DNA of 63,999 nucleotides, filler included, from Basidiobolus ranarum (GCA_040143965.1; 16 parts of 16 records of this genome joined end to end with filler, not necessarily neighbours in it), one strand, 5' to 3'; positions 37,652 to 50,813 are shown, counted from the whole stretch's first letter. Numbers and translations: made by a program. The notes: generated by a model from the letters alone, not told the origin.

Positions 37652-38163
37652 ATTGAATAAGCACTATCTCCCGCCTTGTATCATTACATATGAGATAAGA
37701 AGTCAGTGATTTTACCCCATTTTATACGGGAGAGGTAAGATGCTAAACTAATATCGATCTTTCTTCAGATATCGATCTTTCTTCAGGAATGCCATAATAA
37801 TTCGTGTTTATAGTTCTAACCCCTAAGCCACTGATCAAATGAAGAAATAAAGCCCACCTGTTAATATGTATATATTTATAATATACCACATGATTCATTT
37901 GAATTTCAGCGAACTCCTATCCACTATATTTTTTCTATTAATTCCCTAACCCTAACTCCTTTCACTGGCCATACTTTAGGGCTAGGGGATTAGTAGCTTT
38001 AAGGTTTTTCCCTAACTCTCATCATGTCATATACATATTTTGTTCATTGCTGGTTTTTATTTATATATATTTATATCACACTTAACGATGAACCCTAATT
38101 AGATCGAGAGAAAACTAAGAACATATAGACTGTGTATGGCTAAAGACACTGCTTATTGCTTTT

Positions 38164-38808
38164 TTACTGCTCGTTTATAATCTCCGCATGCTCCCAAAGC
38201 AATTTTTCATTACCATTCGTTGCTATTTTCAACATGACATTTGTCAATTTTGTCACTGAGATCGCAATAGAAGGCAGCAACCATCCAACATAATCGTTGA
38301 AAGTAGAAGCTGACAAGATACCAGCAGGACGGAAGATGTGGACCTTAAGAGAATTATCCTTTAATGTACATAAGTTAGTCAAGTCTTTCTCTGTACGCCC
38401 TTTGATATATCTTGTTGTTTGCTCAAACCAAAAAGATTGGCTTTCCGTAGGGTCAGCACCAGCACCGCTGAGATAGCAAAAGGTAAAGGGTTTACTTAAA
38501 GTAGACATATTTTCTGCTGCTGCAAGAGCATAATCGTGAGTGATTTTGATGTATTCTTCTACAGAGGAAAATTGGGAAGCTTTTCCACCTAAACACCAAA
38601 TACAGGCTACATGGCCCTCTAATTTCTTTATGACTGAGGAGTAGTCGGTAAAATCTTGTAAGATAATAGTGTTCAGCTTATTATGGGTGAGGTTTTCTAT
38701 GGGACGTCTGGAAAGAACAGTGACTGTTTCTATAGAGGAGTTCTCCAAACATTGTATGAGAACTTCATGACCCACAAATCCAGTTGCGCCAGTTACGATA
38801 ATCTTCAT
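38164..38808 (-). CDS. NAD(P)-binding Rossmann-fold protein (atypical SDR), intronless
   Basis: TGATGFVG, LSRR, YLSGAGAD, YIKGRTE and FRPAGI. Confidence 0.9.
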   Translation of the reverse strand: MKIIVTGATGFVGHEVLIQCLENSSIETVTVLSRRPIENLTHNKLNTIILQDFTDYSSVIKKLEGHVACIWCLGGKASQFSSVEEYIKITHDYALAAAENMSTLSKPFTFCYLSGAGADPTESQSFWFEQTTRYIKGRTEKDLTNLCTLKDNSLKVHIFRPAGILSASTFNDYVGWLLPSIAISVTKLTNVMLKIATNGNEKLLWEHAEIINEQ

Positions 38809-39753
38809 TTCCTTTCAAGTGACTTGTACGATGGTGATCCTAACTTATTATATCCTACTAAATACTCGAGAAATAAAACCCCATATTTAGAAAGAAAATT
38901 ATCCAGCCATTTAATATGCAGGTATTGTATTTACTACCAACTTTCTCCATATAAACAGCCTTCAAAAATATGCAGAAAAAAGAATCCGCAGTTCCTATTG
39001 TGAATAGTAAAAGTGAATCCGTAGTCAATCACTGATCTCCGCAGAATTTTAACTATATACAATCCAGCTTCATGTATATAACGTTATTTACTCATATCAT
39101 TACTGCAGGCAATAGTCGTGATTATGTATTTGGCACCTTGACACCAACAGGATTGACCTTCTCAGATACACTAAAGCCGTCCTCTCCAACCATATTGATT
39201 AAATTAGTATGTTTCCATTGATAAAGCTGATTTGGAGGATGACTCTGCTGTTCATGCTTCTACTTCTCCAGCTGTTGATTTTCAAAACGCTTATGATAAA
39301 CAAACAATGATCTAATCCATTTTGGTGACTGTGGCAGGAACATTTCTGCTAGTGATTTCTAATTATACTGGCAGAGTTTACTATTTGATGTAACAGTAAT
39401 CTCTGATTCAGTTGTAGAAATGTGGCTTAGAAGTTAACATGGTTGGAGATATGCAACTGTTCTTAGAGATATTATGTACTGCTTGCTACCACATGAACTT
39501 TGTATTATGAAATACTCATGATCAAACCTTATTCTTGCCGAGTATGTAACACTTGTTTAACTCAGTAAGACCAAGGCTTAGAGTTAGGGCTAGGATCAAT
39601 CTATAAAGAATGTGATGCCTATTCAAATACAGAAGAGTCACTACTAATCGCTTTAGTAGAAAATACTGGGAAATGGTTGATATTTATTTTGATTTCAAGT
39701 GCCTTAGCAGAGATGAGATGAGATGTTGAATATATTCACCACCGTTGGATGAA

Positions 39754-40106
39754 TCATATGTCAGTACAAGTACCGTTATGACGCTGGCATCCACTTGGAC
39801 AAGGTGCTTCAGGGTCGAACTGCCATTTGAACCATTCGTCTGTTTGTTCACGTAGGACATCAGGAACGATCTCGGTGTCAACGAAATGTTCCTTGGGTGA
39901 ACGATGAGTAATCTCCCAACTAGGGATTTGGATCTGCCCACGTCCATACTTGGTGATAGTTGCAATGGAAGAAGCATACACCATACGACCCAAATGAGAA
40001 AACATGATTGCTCCTTGGCACATGGCGCATGGTTCACCAGTGGTATACATGGTTAACTCTTTCCAAAAGTCGTAGTTTATACCGTTACCAGGGTAGATAT
40101 CTGAGC
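39754..40106 (-). CDS. Zinc-dependent nucleoside/guanine deaminase-like protein (5' truncated)
   Basis: LTMYTTGEPCAMCQGAI (PCxxC). Frame is open to the contig end. Confidence 0.85.
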
Positions 40107-40206
40107 NNNNNNNNNNNNNNNNNNNNNNNNNNNNNNNNNNNNNNNNNNNNTTAATTAATTAANNNNNNNNNNNNNNNNNNNNNNNNNNNNNNNNNNNNNN
40201 NNNNNN

Positions 40207-41898
40207 CTCCACCTCTACCTGAACTTAAGAATCCAAAACCGCCACCACCACCTTTACCTAAGTCTAAAGTTTCGAAGCCGACATCTCCATCTTTTGCCAA
40301 GCTTGATGATCCTCAGTCTGTGTTATCAGCTAGAGCCAGTTCACCTAACAAGCTGGACATAAACAAGGAGCCAGACTTGAAGAGTCAGCAAGATACCGTT
40401 TCTATCAAAGACCATCAAAACTTTGCCTTAGCTGGTGTCAAATCCCGGTCATTGGATATATATGAAAAGATTGACCAAGTTGGTGAGGGGACTTATGGGT
40501 AATTATTGATTGATCTCCTATCATCTCTGTTTGATAACATATACTGACGCCGATTAACTCCATCTATCTAGTAAGGTTTATAAGGCAAGAAATAGACATA
40601 CTGGTATTATCGTTGCCCTCAAGCGTATAAGAATGGAAAGTGAGAAAGAAGGGGTAAGTCCAGTTTACTTGTGAATATTGATGTTGTCAACTCTCCTCAC
40701 AACCATACCTTTTCTTAGTTCCCAGTTACTGCAATGAGGGAAATCAAATTACTGCAGAGCATGAACCACAACCATATTATTAAGATCCATGAAATCGCCG
40801 TTAACAAAGGTAGTTTGAACCCATGAAAGTCATCTCATTGAGTTAAGCTAATGTCGAAATGCACAGGCTCTGTTTACATGGTATTGGATTATATGGATTA
40901 TGATTTGACCGGATTTCTTGCTTACCCGAAGCTTGAGCTGACTCATGCCCACATCAAGTGTTTGATGAAACAGATTCTAGAAGGCATTCATTATCTACAC
41001 GTTAAAAACGTTCTTCACAGAGATATCAAAGGTAATTTTAGAATCCCACTTGTTGAGAAGTTTATTTTCTCACCGCTCTTTAGGCTCGAATATCTTAATG
41101 AATAGAAAGGGTGAAATTAAGCTCGCTGATTTTGGACTCGCTCGAATTCATGAGCGAAACCGATTGAAGGATTATACGAATCGCGTTATAACGCTATGGT
41201 ATCGCCCACCCGAGCTGCTATTGGGTGCGACTAAGTATGGCGCAGAAGTAGATATTTGGAGTGTAGGGTAAGTAAGATGTATGACTGATAGCGTATAGCA
41301 TTTACTGAGTGAGACTCTCCCCATAGCTGTATTATGATGGAGTTGTTTTTACGTAAACCCATCTTTCAAGGATCCGATGAGATATCCCAACTCGAACAAA
41401 TATACCGTATCATGGGCGTTCCGAACAAGGCAGATTGGCCTTCCGTAGTGGATCTACCATGGTTTGCATTAGTCCGACCCAAGGATAAATCCGGACGAAA
41501 GTTTAGAGAAAGCTTCAAAAAGTAAGTTAACTTGGATTCATTTTATTCTATCAAGCACTAACCATTGTTGCAGAACCATGACGCCAGCCGCGCTTGATTT
41601 GGCTGAATGGTTACTTACTATGGATCCTTCCAAACGCCCGGTTGCAAAGGAGGCACTGAACCACCCGTACTTCACCACTGAAGAGCCCGAAGCATGTCCT
41701 ATTCAAAAGTAAGGTTTGGTAAAATTTGAGATAGTTGAAACGCTTTTCTAACAGCCTTTAACTAGACTTCCCTCTATTGATGGTGATTGGCATGAATACG
41801 AGAGCAAACAGAGAAAGAAAAAGCAAGCATTAGATCAAGCTAATCGTAATCAATCTCATGCATCCTCACGCACTAGCAAAGAATCACACCCAGCTTGA
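40207..41898 (+). CDS. CTK1: CTD kinase subunit alpha (CTK1/CDK12-like), multi-exon, 5' truncated
   Basis: [45 protein letters not shown] and the C-terminal [10 protein letters not shown] typical of Ctk1/Lsk1. Confidence 0.85.
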
Positions 41899-42404
41899 GA
41901 TGGAGCGCTATCGTCCTCAATAGATATACTTACTGAACACCTCTCTGCCAGTGCTATAGAAATCAAATATTGATGTATACAATTCGAACTATTCAATCCC
42001 GAATAATCTGATTATATTAAGTCTCTTATCAGCGCTATATCCTAGTTTTTGATCCGTTTTGTGAATGTATATTTGTACACTATGGTTTCGCAGGTTGTGA
42101 TAAAACCAATTGGTTGATTCTTTGCACCAAATCATTGCACCAAATCATTAGTCAATTGGATGTTAACTTGTTTGAATGTAAATTGAAGGTATCAAGATAG
42201 ATCCATTTCTTCCATCATTGAAAAACCCATTGAAAACCCCTAATAAAAATCACTTCTGATTACCACAATAGACGCATTGCACATTTAATCAGCCCAAATG
42301 ACGATACTAGAGGTAAGGGCGAGGGATTCGTGGGTATGGCTTCGATTTTAACAGGCAGTTTGTTTACAATTTATGGACAGAAGCCTTATTTCAGCCAACA
42401 TTAT

Positions 42405-42526
42405 CGAAATCTACTATAAACGCATGTTAATTTGAAGCACAACGAAATCTACTATAAACGCATGTTAATTTGAAGCACAACGAAATCTACTATAAACGCA
42501 TGTTAATTTGAAACACAACGAAATCT
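42405..42526 (+). repeat. 38-bp tandem repeat, about 3.2 copies
   Basis: CGAAATCTACTATAAACGCATGTTAATTTGAAGCACAA starts at 42405, 42443 and 42481. Confidence 0.95.
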
Positions 42527-42921
42527 GTGAATAGCCCAACATTTCATCAATTTTGACTGCATTTGGTATATTTTTGATTTATGTTAGTATGGAAGTTGAT
42601 ATAAATATTTAGGACAAGGTTGTTTATGTACCGTGGATGAAGCAACAAACAGTCATGATTGGCTACCAGCTTGTAATTTTTGGTCTGAGATCAAGGCAAT
42701 AAATTACCAAGAACGTGGTTTGTCGCTTTCTCTTTCCTCAATCCACATCCGAAGAGAGGTCCACGACGATACTTCAACATTTGGTGAGTTTAATATACTA
42801 TTACAATCAGCAGTTATACTAGCAAATAGCTTAAACTAGTATCTATATTTTTTGAAGTTTCCATCCATCCACTTATTAATCAGTAACTCATAAATCATAT
42901 TTAGTGGTAAATATAAAGGAC

Positions 42922-43641
42922 ATGTCTCACAAGCCTAGAAACTCTTTCATCGCCCCAGGCATCACCCGCCTCTCTCGTTCTAGCGTTTTTGCCAAGCGTG
43001 CTCTTTACAAGAAGCAAAAGGTTGCTGCTGCCAAGCCTGAGGCTTCCGCTCAATCCACCAAGACTGTTCAAGTTAACGGTGACAAAAATGGAAAAGAACG
43101 TATTGTTGCCTTGAACAAGGCCTCTCGTTGGTATCCTGCTGAAGATGTTGCTCAACCCAAAGCTTCCCGTAAAACTGCCAAGCCTACCAAGATTCGTGCC
43201 TCTATCACCCCTGGTACTGTCCTCGTTCTCTTGGCTGGTCGTTTCCGTGGCAAGAGAGTCGTTTTCTTGAAGCAACTCGCTTCTGGTTTATTATTGGTTA
43301 CTGGTCCCTACAAGGTTAACGGTGTTCCCCTCAGACGTGTCAACCAAGCATATGTTATTGCCACCTCTACCAAGGTTGACCTTTCCAGTGTTAAGGTTGA
43401 TGATAAGTTTGATGATGCTTACTTCAAGAAGGAGAAGACTGCCAAGTCTACCAAGACTGAAGAAGAGTTCTTCGATGAGAAGCAAACCAAGAAGACTGTC
43501 TCTGAGACTCGTTCTGCTGACCAAAAGGTTGTTGATAAGGAGATCTTAGCCGCTGTTGCTCAAGTTCCTCATCTTCGCACATACTTGAACGCTTCCTTCA
43601 CTCTTCGTAAGGGTCAAGCTCCTCATGCCATGAAATTTTAA
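42922..43641 (+). CDS. RPL6: 60S ribosomal protein L6 (eL6), probable 5'UTR intron 42784-42904
   Basis: RASITPGTVLVLLAGRFRGKRVVFLKQL, GVPLRRVNQAYVIATS and strong codon bias. GTGAGT...TAG lies upstream of the ATG. Confidence 0.97.
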   Translation: MSHKPRNSFIAPGITRLSRSSVFAKRALYKKQKVAAAKPEASAQSTKTVQVNGDKNGKERIVALNKASRWYPAEDVAQPKASRKTAKPTKIRASITPGTVLVLLAGRFRGKRVVFLKQLASGLLLVTGPYKVNGVPLRRVNQAYVIATSTKVDLSSVKVDDKFDDAYFKKEKTAKSTKTEEEFFDEKQTKKTVSETRSADQKVVDKEILAAVAQVPHLRTYLNASFTLRKGQAPHAMKF

Positions 43642-43934
43642 CTTGTATAATCTAGTATCGAGTCTTGTTTTAATAAACGGAACAAAGCTGGCGGTGGCAA
43701 AACTCTGCATATGTATATGATATCTGCTAGTTTTTAATTTGAATATAATTGTATCATGGGATGTTCAAACTATGATTTTAAAGCTTGAGTGTATGAATCA
43801 TCATCAACCGCTGATCTTCCATCGATTTATCCTGACTTGGTCATTATTATACGAATGGTATAACACTACAAATTTTACTTCGATTTCAACGTTGACGGAG
43901 GACTATAGCTAGAGTTTCTTTAGATATTAACGAT

Positions 43935-44116
43935 ATGTCGAATAGCGATGCTCCTAGGCGGGTAAGCTCATTGTCGTTTCAAACAAAGAGTTCGATCTCG
44001 GCAAGTCCAAATAAAATCATTTCGTCTGAGCAAAATGAATCGGAAGATATTTCAAAAAGACCAATATCCACAAAACGCCCCCAGTTTTACTCTCAATACT
44101 TCAAAGAATATGAAAT
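43935..44116 (+). CDS. Possible 5' end of an unidentified gene
   Basis: ATG-initiated Ser-rich ORF open to the contig end. No recognisable domain. Confidence 0.35.
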
Positions 44117-44216
44117 NNNNNNNNNNNNNNNNNNNNNNNNNNNNNNNNNNNNNNNNNNNNTTAATTAATTAANNNNNNNNNNNNNNNNNNNNNNNNNNNN
44201 NNNNNNNNNNNNNNNN

Positions 44217-45410
44217 AAAACTATAAATGTCAACTTTCTACTCAATAAATCAATAAGTGAAAACCACCAATTCCTCTAATTCTCCAAACCACTTCCAACA
44301 GGCTCCCAAATACTTTAACAGCTATATGGTTAAAAAAACTCTTAACAGATTTGAGCCACTCCCAATAGTCACCAACTACAATATTTAAAATAATTAAAGC
44401 TGTATTGAATTAGCTAGAAATCCCACATTTCATAATAGAAGCAATATATAGATACTAGACATCACTTTAGTAGAGAAACTGTAGAGAATAAGTTTGTTAA
44501 CTTGTTGTTCTACAGAAAACATGATTGCTAATACATTAACCAAACCATTAGCTAGCCAGAAATTTGAGACATCTAGACCTTACTTAGGATTAGCTTATAA
44601 GACTTAGTTGTGGGAGAGTGTTGAAGCTAGCATTGATTAAGCATCTATATAGTCATATATATCTTAGTTGTTAGTTATCCTATATTTCACTGAGATATTA
44701 TCCATCATTCTTGATCAGAATTTACTTAGAATATTTTTACTAACTTAAAAGTTCTTAGATAAATACATCTTTCAAACTTGTGCTAGAAGCTCTAAACTTT
44801 GTACACATGTTCCTGGGATTTTCCTTAGCAAATCATACATGTTAACTTGTTTACATCTTGACAAAAGTACAAAAGTCAACTTTTTAGTAAATACATCAAT
44901 AAGTGAAGACCACCAATTTCTCTAATTCTTCAAACCACTTCCAACTGGCTCCTTGATACTTTAACAGAGGCCTCTAGCACAAGTTTGAAAATCTATATAT
45001 CTGAGAACTTCAAAGTTGGTAAAAATATTCTAAGTAGATTCCAATTGAGAATAATGGATAATATCTTAGTGAAATATAAGATACCTAAGTACTAAGTTAT
45101 ATATGACTATATAGGTGTTTAGGCCATGCTAATTTCAGCAATATTGTAGTTCAATATAGGATAACTAAATAATAATCTATATATGACTATATAGGTGTTT
45201 AGACAAGGTTAATTTCAACAGAATGTGTTAAGGGAGGTCCTAGGCATATGTGTACAAAGTTTGAGGCTTCTTTGAAAAATCTATATATCTGATAACTTCC
45301 AAGTTGGTTAAAATATTATAAGCATACTACGATTGAGAATAGTGGGTAATGTCTTAGTTCAATATGGAGTAACTAAGTCCTAAGCTAGATATGACTATCT
45401 AGGTGTTTAA
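44217..45410 (+). mobile_element. Copia cluster: LTR end (44217-44320), RNase H tail, PPT, full LTR (44619-44966), then inverted LTR fragments
   Basis: AIWLKKLLTDL...NMIANTLTKPL, GGGAGAG, then TGTT...AACA. 44967-45410 are reverse-complement pieces of the same LTR. Confidence 0.85.
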
Positions 45411-47474
45411 GCTATTTCCGCACTCTTAACCATCAGGGTCTGAGTTCTTTATGTGAAGGACGCATTTATTCCACTTGTATTATTGAAGGAGGTTGTATGA
45501 TATTTGAATACTCACTTTGCTGATGAAGAACATTTTTAATGGTAATTTGAGCTACTCAATAAGTGATTACATACCTCCTTAGCATTATTAGATATGCAAG
45601 ATGCACCATCGCTCAAAACCGATTCACTTTTTTGCATGCATTTTTTCAAATGATAAATCTCATCATAACGCCATGTCTTAATTTACTATTTGTCACACTA
45701 CTTAAGCAGGGCCCAAATGGAATATCTCTAACTACATGACAGATTGCATACCTGAATTTCTAGCACAGTAACCGTCATAAATGTTATACTTTTATATATC
45801 CAAGTAGGTTCAAAGATATGGATAAATTTTCATTAGGTTTGAAGTGAATATTGGTATTTTAGACCTAGTTTGCGTTATCGCAAAAAGTTTGAAAAGTGAA
45901 GTCAGAATGATTAATTCAAAAGAAAATGTGCTGAGGAGTATCTCTGGTTAGGGCCAGTATGCATATCAGGGAGGAAAGAGAGGTTTATTGTTAACAAAAG
46001 TCTTAGAATTCGAAATTCACTGTTACAAAATCGCATGTTATAAGTGATAAGGTAACAGGGCAACTAATAGACCAAAAATCTTCAAAGTCAAAATGGCATT
46101 GCAGACCCAAGGCCAGGAAAAGATATCAGATGTTACTAATTGTTGATATCTCCCCGATTTAGAGTGTTTGAAGTTAAAAAAAAAATCTCCCATATTTGTT
46201 AGGCCTTATCAAAATAGTCTATCGTCAAACAATAGAATTAACGCTTTAGTTTCATCTTTCTTGTTGTGCAATGCCTGTCGTCTGGTGCATATCCCACCAT
46301 TAGAGAACGTTGCTCTTTAGAATAAATGGATGTTGCTCAAGACTTTTCTGTACTCTTAGAGGAAGAAATCAGGACAACCTTATTTACCAGGATATCTCGA
46401 GGGAAGGGATGTTTTCAGTATAGTTAGATTCCATTCTTCCAGGTATCCCACTTCTAATCTAGTTAAACCTCTTATTGGTAGAAGAGTACCAATATATAGC
46501 TGGCGAATAATTATGTCGTAGTCTGTACCTGGAATGGTTAGATTCGAAGATCCAAGCGACTCTAGTGTCTCCTTCCTAGTTTAGTCGTAGATCCTATGAA
46601 ATAGTTTCTAAAAGTAATTTCTGGAACACTGCAGACTATCCAATCAGCGTGCCTTAAATAAAGGGGTTTACCATTTCACAAAGGGTCAGATAATAAAACC
46701 CGAGTATCTGATTGATATGTAGCATTATATGCACTAATTCAACAGCTCCTCTACGCTAATTTATCCCTCGTGGAGAACCTATGTTTATCTCTAGGGTTGA
46801 AAGAAAATGACCAACACTCGGATAAAGAATTTCCGAGTCTAATCAGATTGATAGCGTTCTTTAGATATTCCACCCAAGAAAGGAATATCTTAACAACCCA
46901 GGATCTGGATTGGGTCGAATGATAGCAACGATGATGATTGGATTAGAGCTTTCAGTAACCAGGAAGATTTCGTAGACTTTTATTGGATTGATACTGTAGG
47001 GTAGTTTTTAGTCAACCCGTTGTTTTGCTTCTAATTTTGGGATATAGAATGTGGTATAAACTATGAAATAGGCTGATGAAGATGGGTTCAATGAGTGATA
47101 ATCTTATCCTGAGGGAGTGTAATCTATTATTATGTTGATATACCAAGCCATCAACACATTCCATTATTAATCAAGAGTAGTGCCAGATCAATGGATTTCT
47201 AGCATAAACGTGACCATCAGATCAACATTAATGCTACTTGCTCAGAATTCAACGAATATTCCTTAAATGCGTTGAGAATTACTAATTCACTGACTATTTG
47301 GTATTTACATTATTCCTAATACAATTATAATCAGTAGATGATTACTAATGAATATTTATGGTTACTTTTTGCTCTTTTCTATCAAGCCCTAGTTAGTCTA
47401 ACCTGATTCTTTATAAGTACCTCTCTCTCTCTAACGAAGACGGTATTCTGCTTCTTTGTATCTTTCTTAGTAAT

Positions 47475-48126
47475 ATGCACGCATCAGTTGTAAGTATTAA
47501 ATTTGAATCTCTGCTTTGAAAACTCCCCTCTCATTATTGTGTTCTTTTTATTAGATTATCATTGGTTCTGGTCCTGCTGGCCACACAGCTGCTATTTATA
47601 CTGCTAGAGCAAACTTAAAGCCTGTAATGTTCGAGGGTATGCTTGCTGGTGGTGTCGCTCCTGGTGGTCAATTAACCACTACCACTGAGCTTGAGAACTT
47701 CCCTGGATTTCCCGAAGGTATCACCGGAACAGAAATGATGGATAACTGTCGTAAGCAATCGGAGAAGTTCGGTACTGAAATTATTACCGAAACCATTACC
47801 CGAGTTGACTTCTCCGCTCGTCCATTCAAGATTTGGAGAGAAGGTAGTGACTCAGAAAACGATGAACCAGATACTGCTGATTCTATTATCATCTCCACTG
47901 GTGCTACCGCTAAACGTCTTTTCCTTCCTGGTGAGGATGTTTACTGGCAAAATGGAATCTCAGCCTGTGCCGTTTGTGATGGTGCCGTACCTATTTTCCG
48001 TAACAAACCTTTAGCTGTAGTTGGTGGCATGCAAATTTACCATCAATTTCTATTCTATGTTGATATACGAGTAACCCATTCACTTAGCCAATCTTCAGCC
48101 ATGGAACTCGACACTACTCTTGGCAG
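47475..48126 (+). CDS. TRR1: Thioredoxin reductase (low-Mr, fungal type), 3' truncated, intron 47490-47554
   Basis: [21 protein letters not shown] and [11 protein letters not shown]. Confidence 0.95.
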
Positions 48127-49381
48127 NNNNNNNNNNNNNNNNNNNNNNNNNNNNNNNNNNNNNNNNNNNNTTAATTAATTAANNNNNNNNNNNNNNNNNN
48201 NNNNNNNNNNNNNNNNNNNNNNNNNNATCCTATAGGGGGTTTTCCATTCGGATTAACCACAATTAGCCCAAACTGGGTGCCTAGAATATCTCGCGTATGT
48301 TTAAATTGTAAAGAATTCAAGTTTAATCTTGGCTAAAGTCATGAGAAATCCTCTCCATATTAAACGTGCGTGGCTCATGAAGTACGCTTGTAATCAGTAA
48401 ATCGACTGAACACTCCTGATCTGACTAGCAAAGACTTAGTGGCTAAACATGTGTTCTTTGATGCAATCAGAATATATCCCATTTATGGAGCTCTTTGTAC
48501 ATTATTTATTTATTACTATCGTAAACTCAATGATATGGAGCTATTTAGCCTTTATACATCACGGAAGCTACGTTACGTAACCACCTTCTGGCCTTTGGTT
48601 ACCAAATATCTAGATATCAGTTGAGTTTAGCTAGATCAAGATTTCGTTGGGCACATTGGATCCGCCTGTTGTTAGTATGCCATCATAGGTTAAGGGAGAT
48701 GTTTTGAATGGTGCATGCACTCAATCTAAATACTAGTAAACTGAGTACTGGTAACAATCAACAGTGATCTATTTGGCTACAATCAGTGGTTTGTGGAGCT
48801 ACTTCCTATATTCTGTCACCAGGCGCCAGCTTTGGGCTGTGTTAAGAAATAGCTTTGATTGCTAATAAATCAAGTCAATTTGATGAGCTAAATCAACCAT
48901 AGATCTCAAGACATCACGTTGCTCAAGCTCTATTTGATGCACGGTATCAGCCAAGTGGCTATCTTCGAGATCTAACGATACCACACCAAAATTCAATCTA
49001 CTCTTGAAAATAGGCTTTGACAAAAGTAGAATCCATTTGCCAACTTAGGAATCAACTGAAACCTCTAAAAATATCTTATTACTAGCTGTTGTACAATACC
49101 AAAAAATGCGAAATCTGAAACAGTGATTTGGTATATCATAAAATGGGGACTGATTTGTTAGGATGCTGGCGATTTTCAAGATAGCAGTAGTATGGTCGAT
49201 ATTAAGTGTAGCTGGCTAGTTCATTGGCTAGTTAGGCCCTTTTATTGTCGTTTCCTTGATGGAAAGATCTGTTAGTTTTGGGGAGGAAGGAGAAAGGGAG
49301 GAGTTAGGGGGTTGTTTTAAAAGGGAGGGTTGTTCCATTTGCCGCACATAGTATTCACTTTGACCATCGTCTTCTACAGCC

Positions 49382-50024
49382 ATGCCTTCCCCAATTTTTT
49401 CTACCAGCCTGATCTCCAAAGAGATTCAAGCCAAGCTTCCAGAAGGCTACATTATCAGACCGCTACAGATTGATGACTACGAAAAGGGCTTCTTGGACAC
49501 TCTATCCCAATTGACTGTAGTGGGTGATTACGGCAAGGATAAATTCATCGAAAGATTCGAATATATGAAAAAGCACAACCATGAGTATTTCACCATTGTT
49601 ATTGAAAATACCAAAGAGAAGAGAATCTTCGCCGCTGGTACCGTCTTTATTGAGAGAAAATTCATCAGAGGTGCCGGCCTGGTAAGTAGACCTGTATGAG
49701 TTCAATTGCTCCATGATTTTAACCCTCTTTCTCTTAAGGTTGGTCATATTGAAGATATTGTCGTTCATAAAGATGCCCGCGGTCTAAGCTTTGGCAAATG
49801 GTAATGGTTTACTTGCATTTCAAGAACCGAATATATACTAACATTATTTTATGCAAACTAGGATTATTCTTCAGTTGAAGCACATCGGTGCCAAGGTTGG
49901 CTGTTACAAAATCATCTTAGACTGTTCCAAAGATAACATCCCCTTCTACGAGAAGTGTGGCTTTGATCACAAAGAGTACGAGATGGTTTGGTATTGCAAA
50001 GATACTGTCAAGGCTAAACTCTAA
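49382..50024 (+). CDS. GNA1: Glucosamine-6-phosphate N-acetyltransferase, introns 49682-49738 and 49801-49861
   Basis: ERKFIRGAGLVGHIEDIVV, GCYKIILDCS and FYEKCGF. Ends ...VKAKL*. Confidence 0.95.
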
Positions 50025-50813
50025 ATTAGATAATTGTAAAATGATTCATGCTACACCCTCACCTCCTTGTATTTGACTCTTAATTCACAAACTACCACTT
50101 AGTATTCATCGTGGTTTAAAAATAAACTATCCATAGCTACAAGACTTTTATCTCTCAATACGCATCTATGGATTATAGCCAAGTGAGCTAGGTCTTAGGT
50201 CTAGTATGGTAAACCTCCTTTGCTTCAATAAAACATACGCCACACTAGAGCTCATCGCGCCCAATAAATCGTTTTGAAACCGAACCTACATAATAGGAAA
50301 GGTGTTTCAACGTCAGAATTTACCTAAATGCCAAATCTGGGTAAAGAAACGAAGGGCAGGCTTGATTTGTAGTTACTAATATTATCTTCATAGCATGGGC
50401 ATTGAAACGGCCAATTTATGAGTCAACTTCAGATAACGTGTATTCGGCGAAAGATATACATGATAAACCATGCAAATCTGGACCTGAAAGTACAAAGTAT
50501 ACATAATCAGGTTTACAGATAAATATTATGAGTTTTGTGTATATTGATTGAAGGTGCAGTATATAATGTAGAAACCCAAAAGCAATACAGGTCATGTAAT
50601 CGATATCGGGGTTTGCCATTAAATATGCATGTTATTTTAAAGTAACACACATCATACTTGAATGTTACTAGACTGTCAGAGTAATGACAAAGGGTGGTAA
50701 ACTTGTGCGAAACGTAGTAAAAGCAGGTACATGAGAAACAGTAAAGGTTTGTAGAAGAGCTACTCGAAAACAAATAAATAGATGGGAATTATCAGTGTAC
50801 TAAATATATCGAT

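Noticed and set aside
42405-42526. 38-bp repeats as a CRISPR array
   Set aside because: Units are head-to-tail with no spacers, no cas genes, and a eukaryotic context.
42901-43549. Antisense and alternate-frame ORFs over RPL6 (likewise over PDX2, CHAP, TRR1)
   Set aside because: Shadows of codon-biased real genes.
43700-43840. Box C/D snoRNA downstream of RPL6
   Set aside because: No canonical RTGATGA paired with CTGA and terminal stem.
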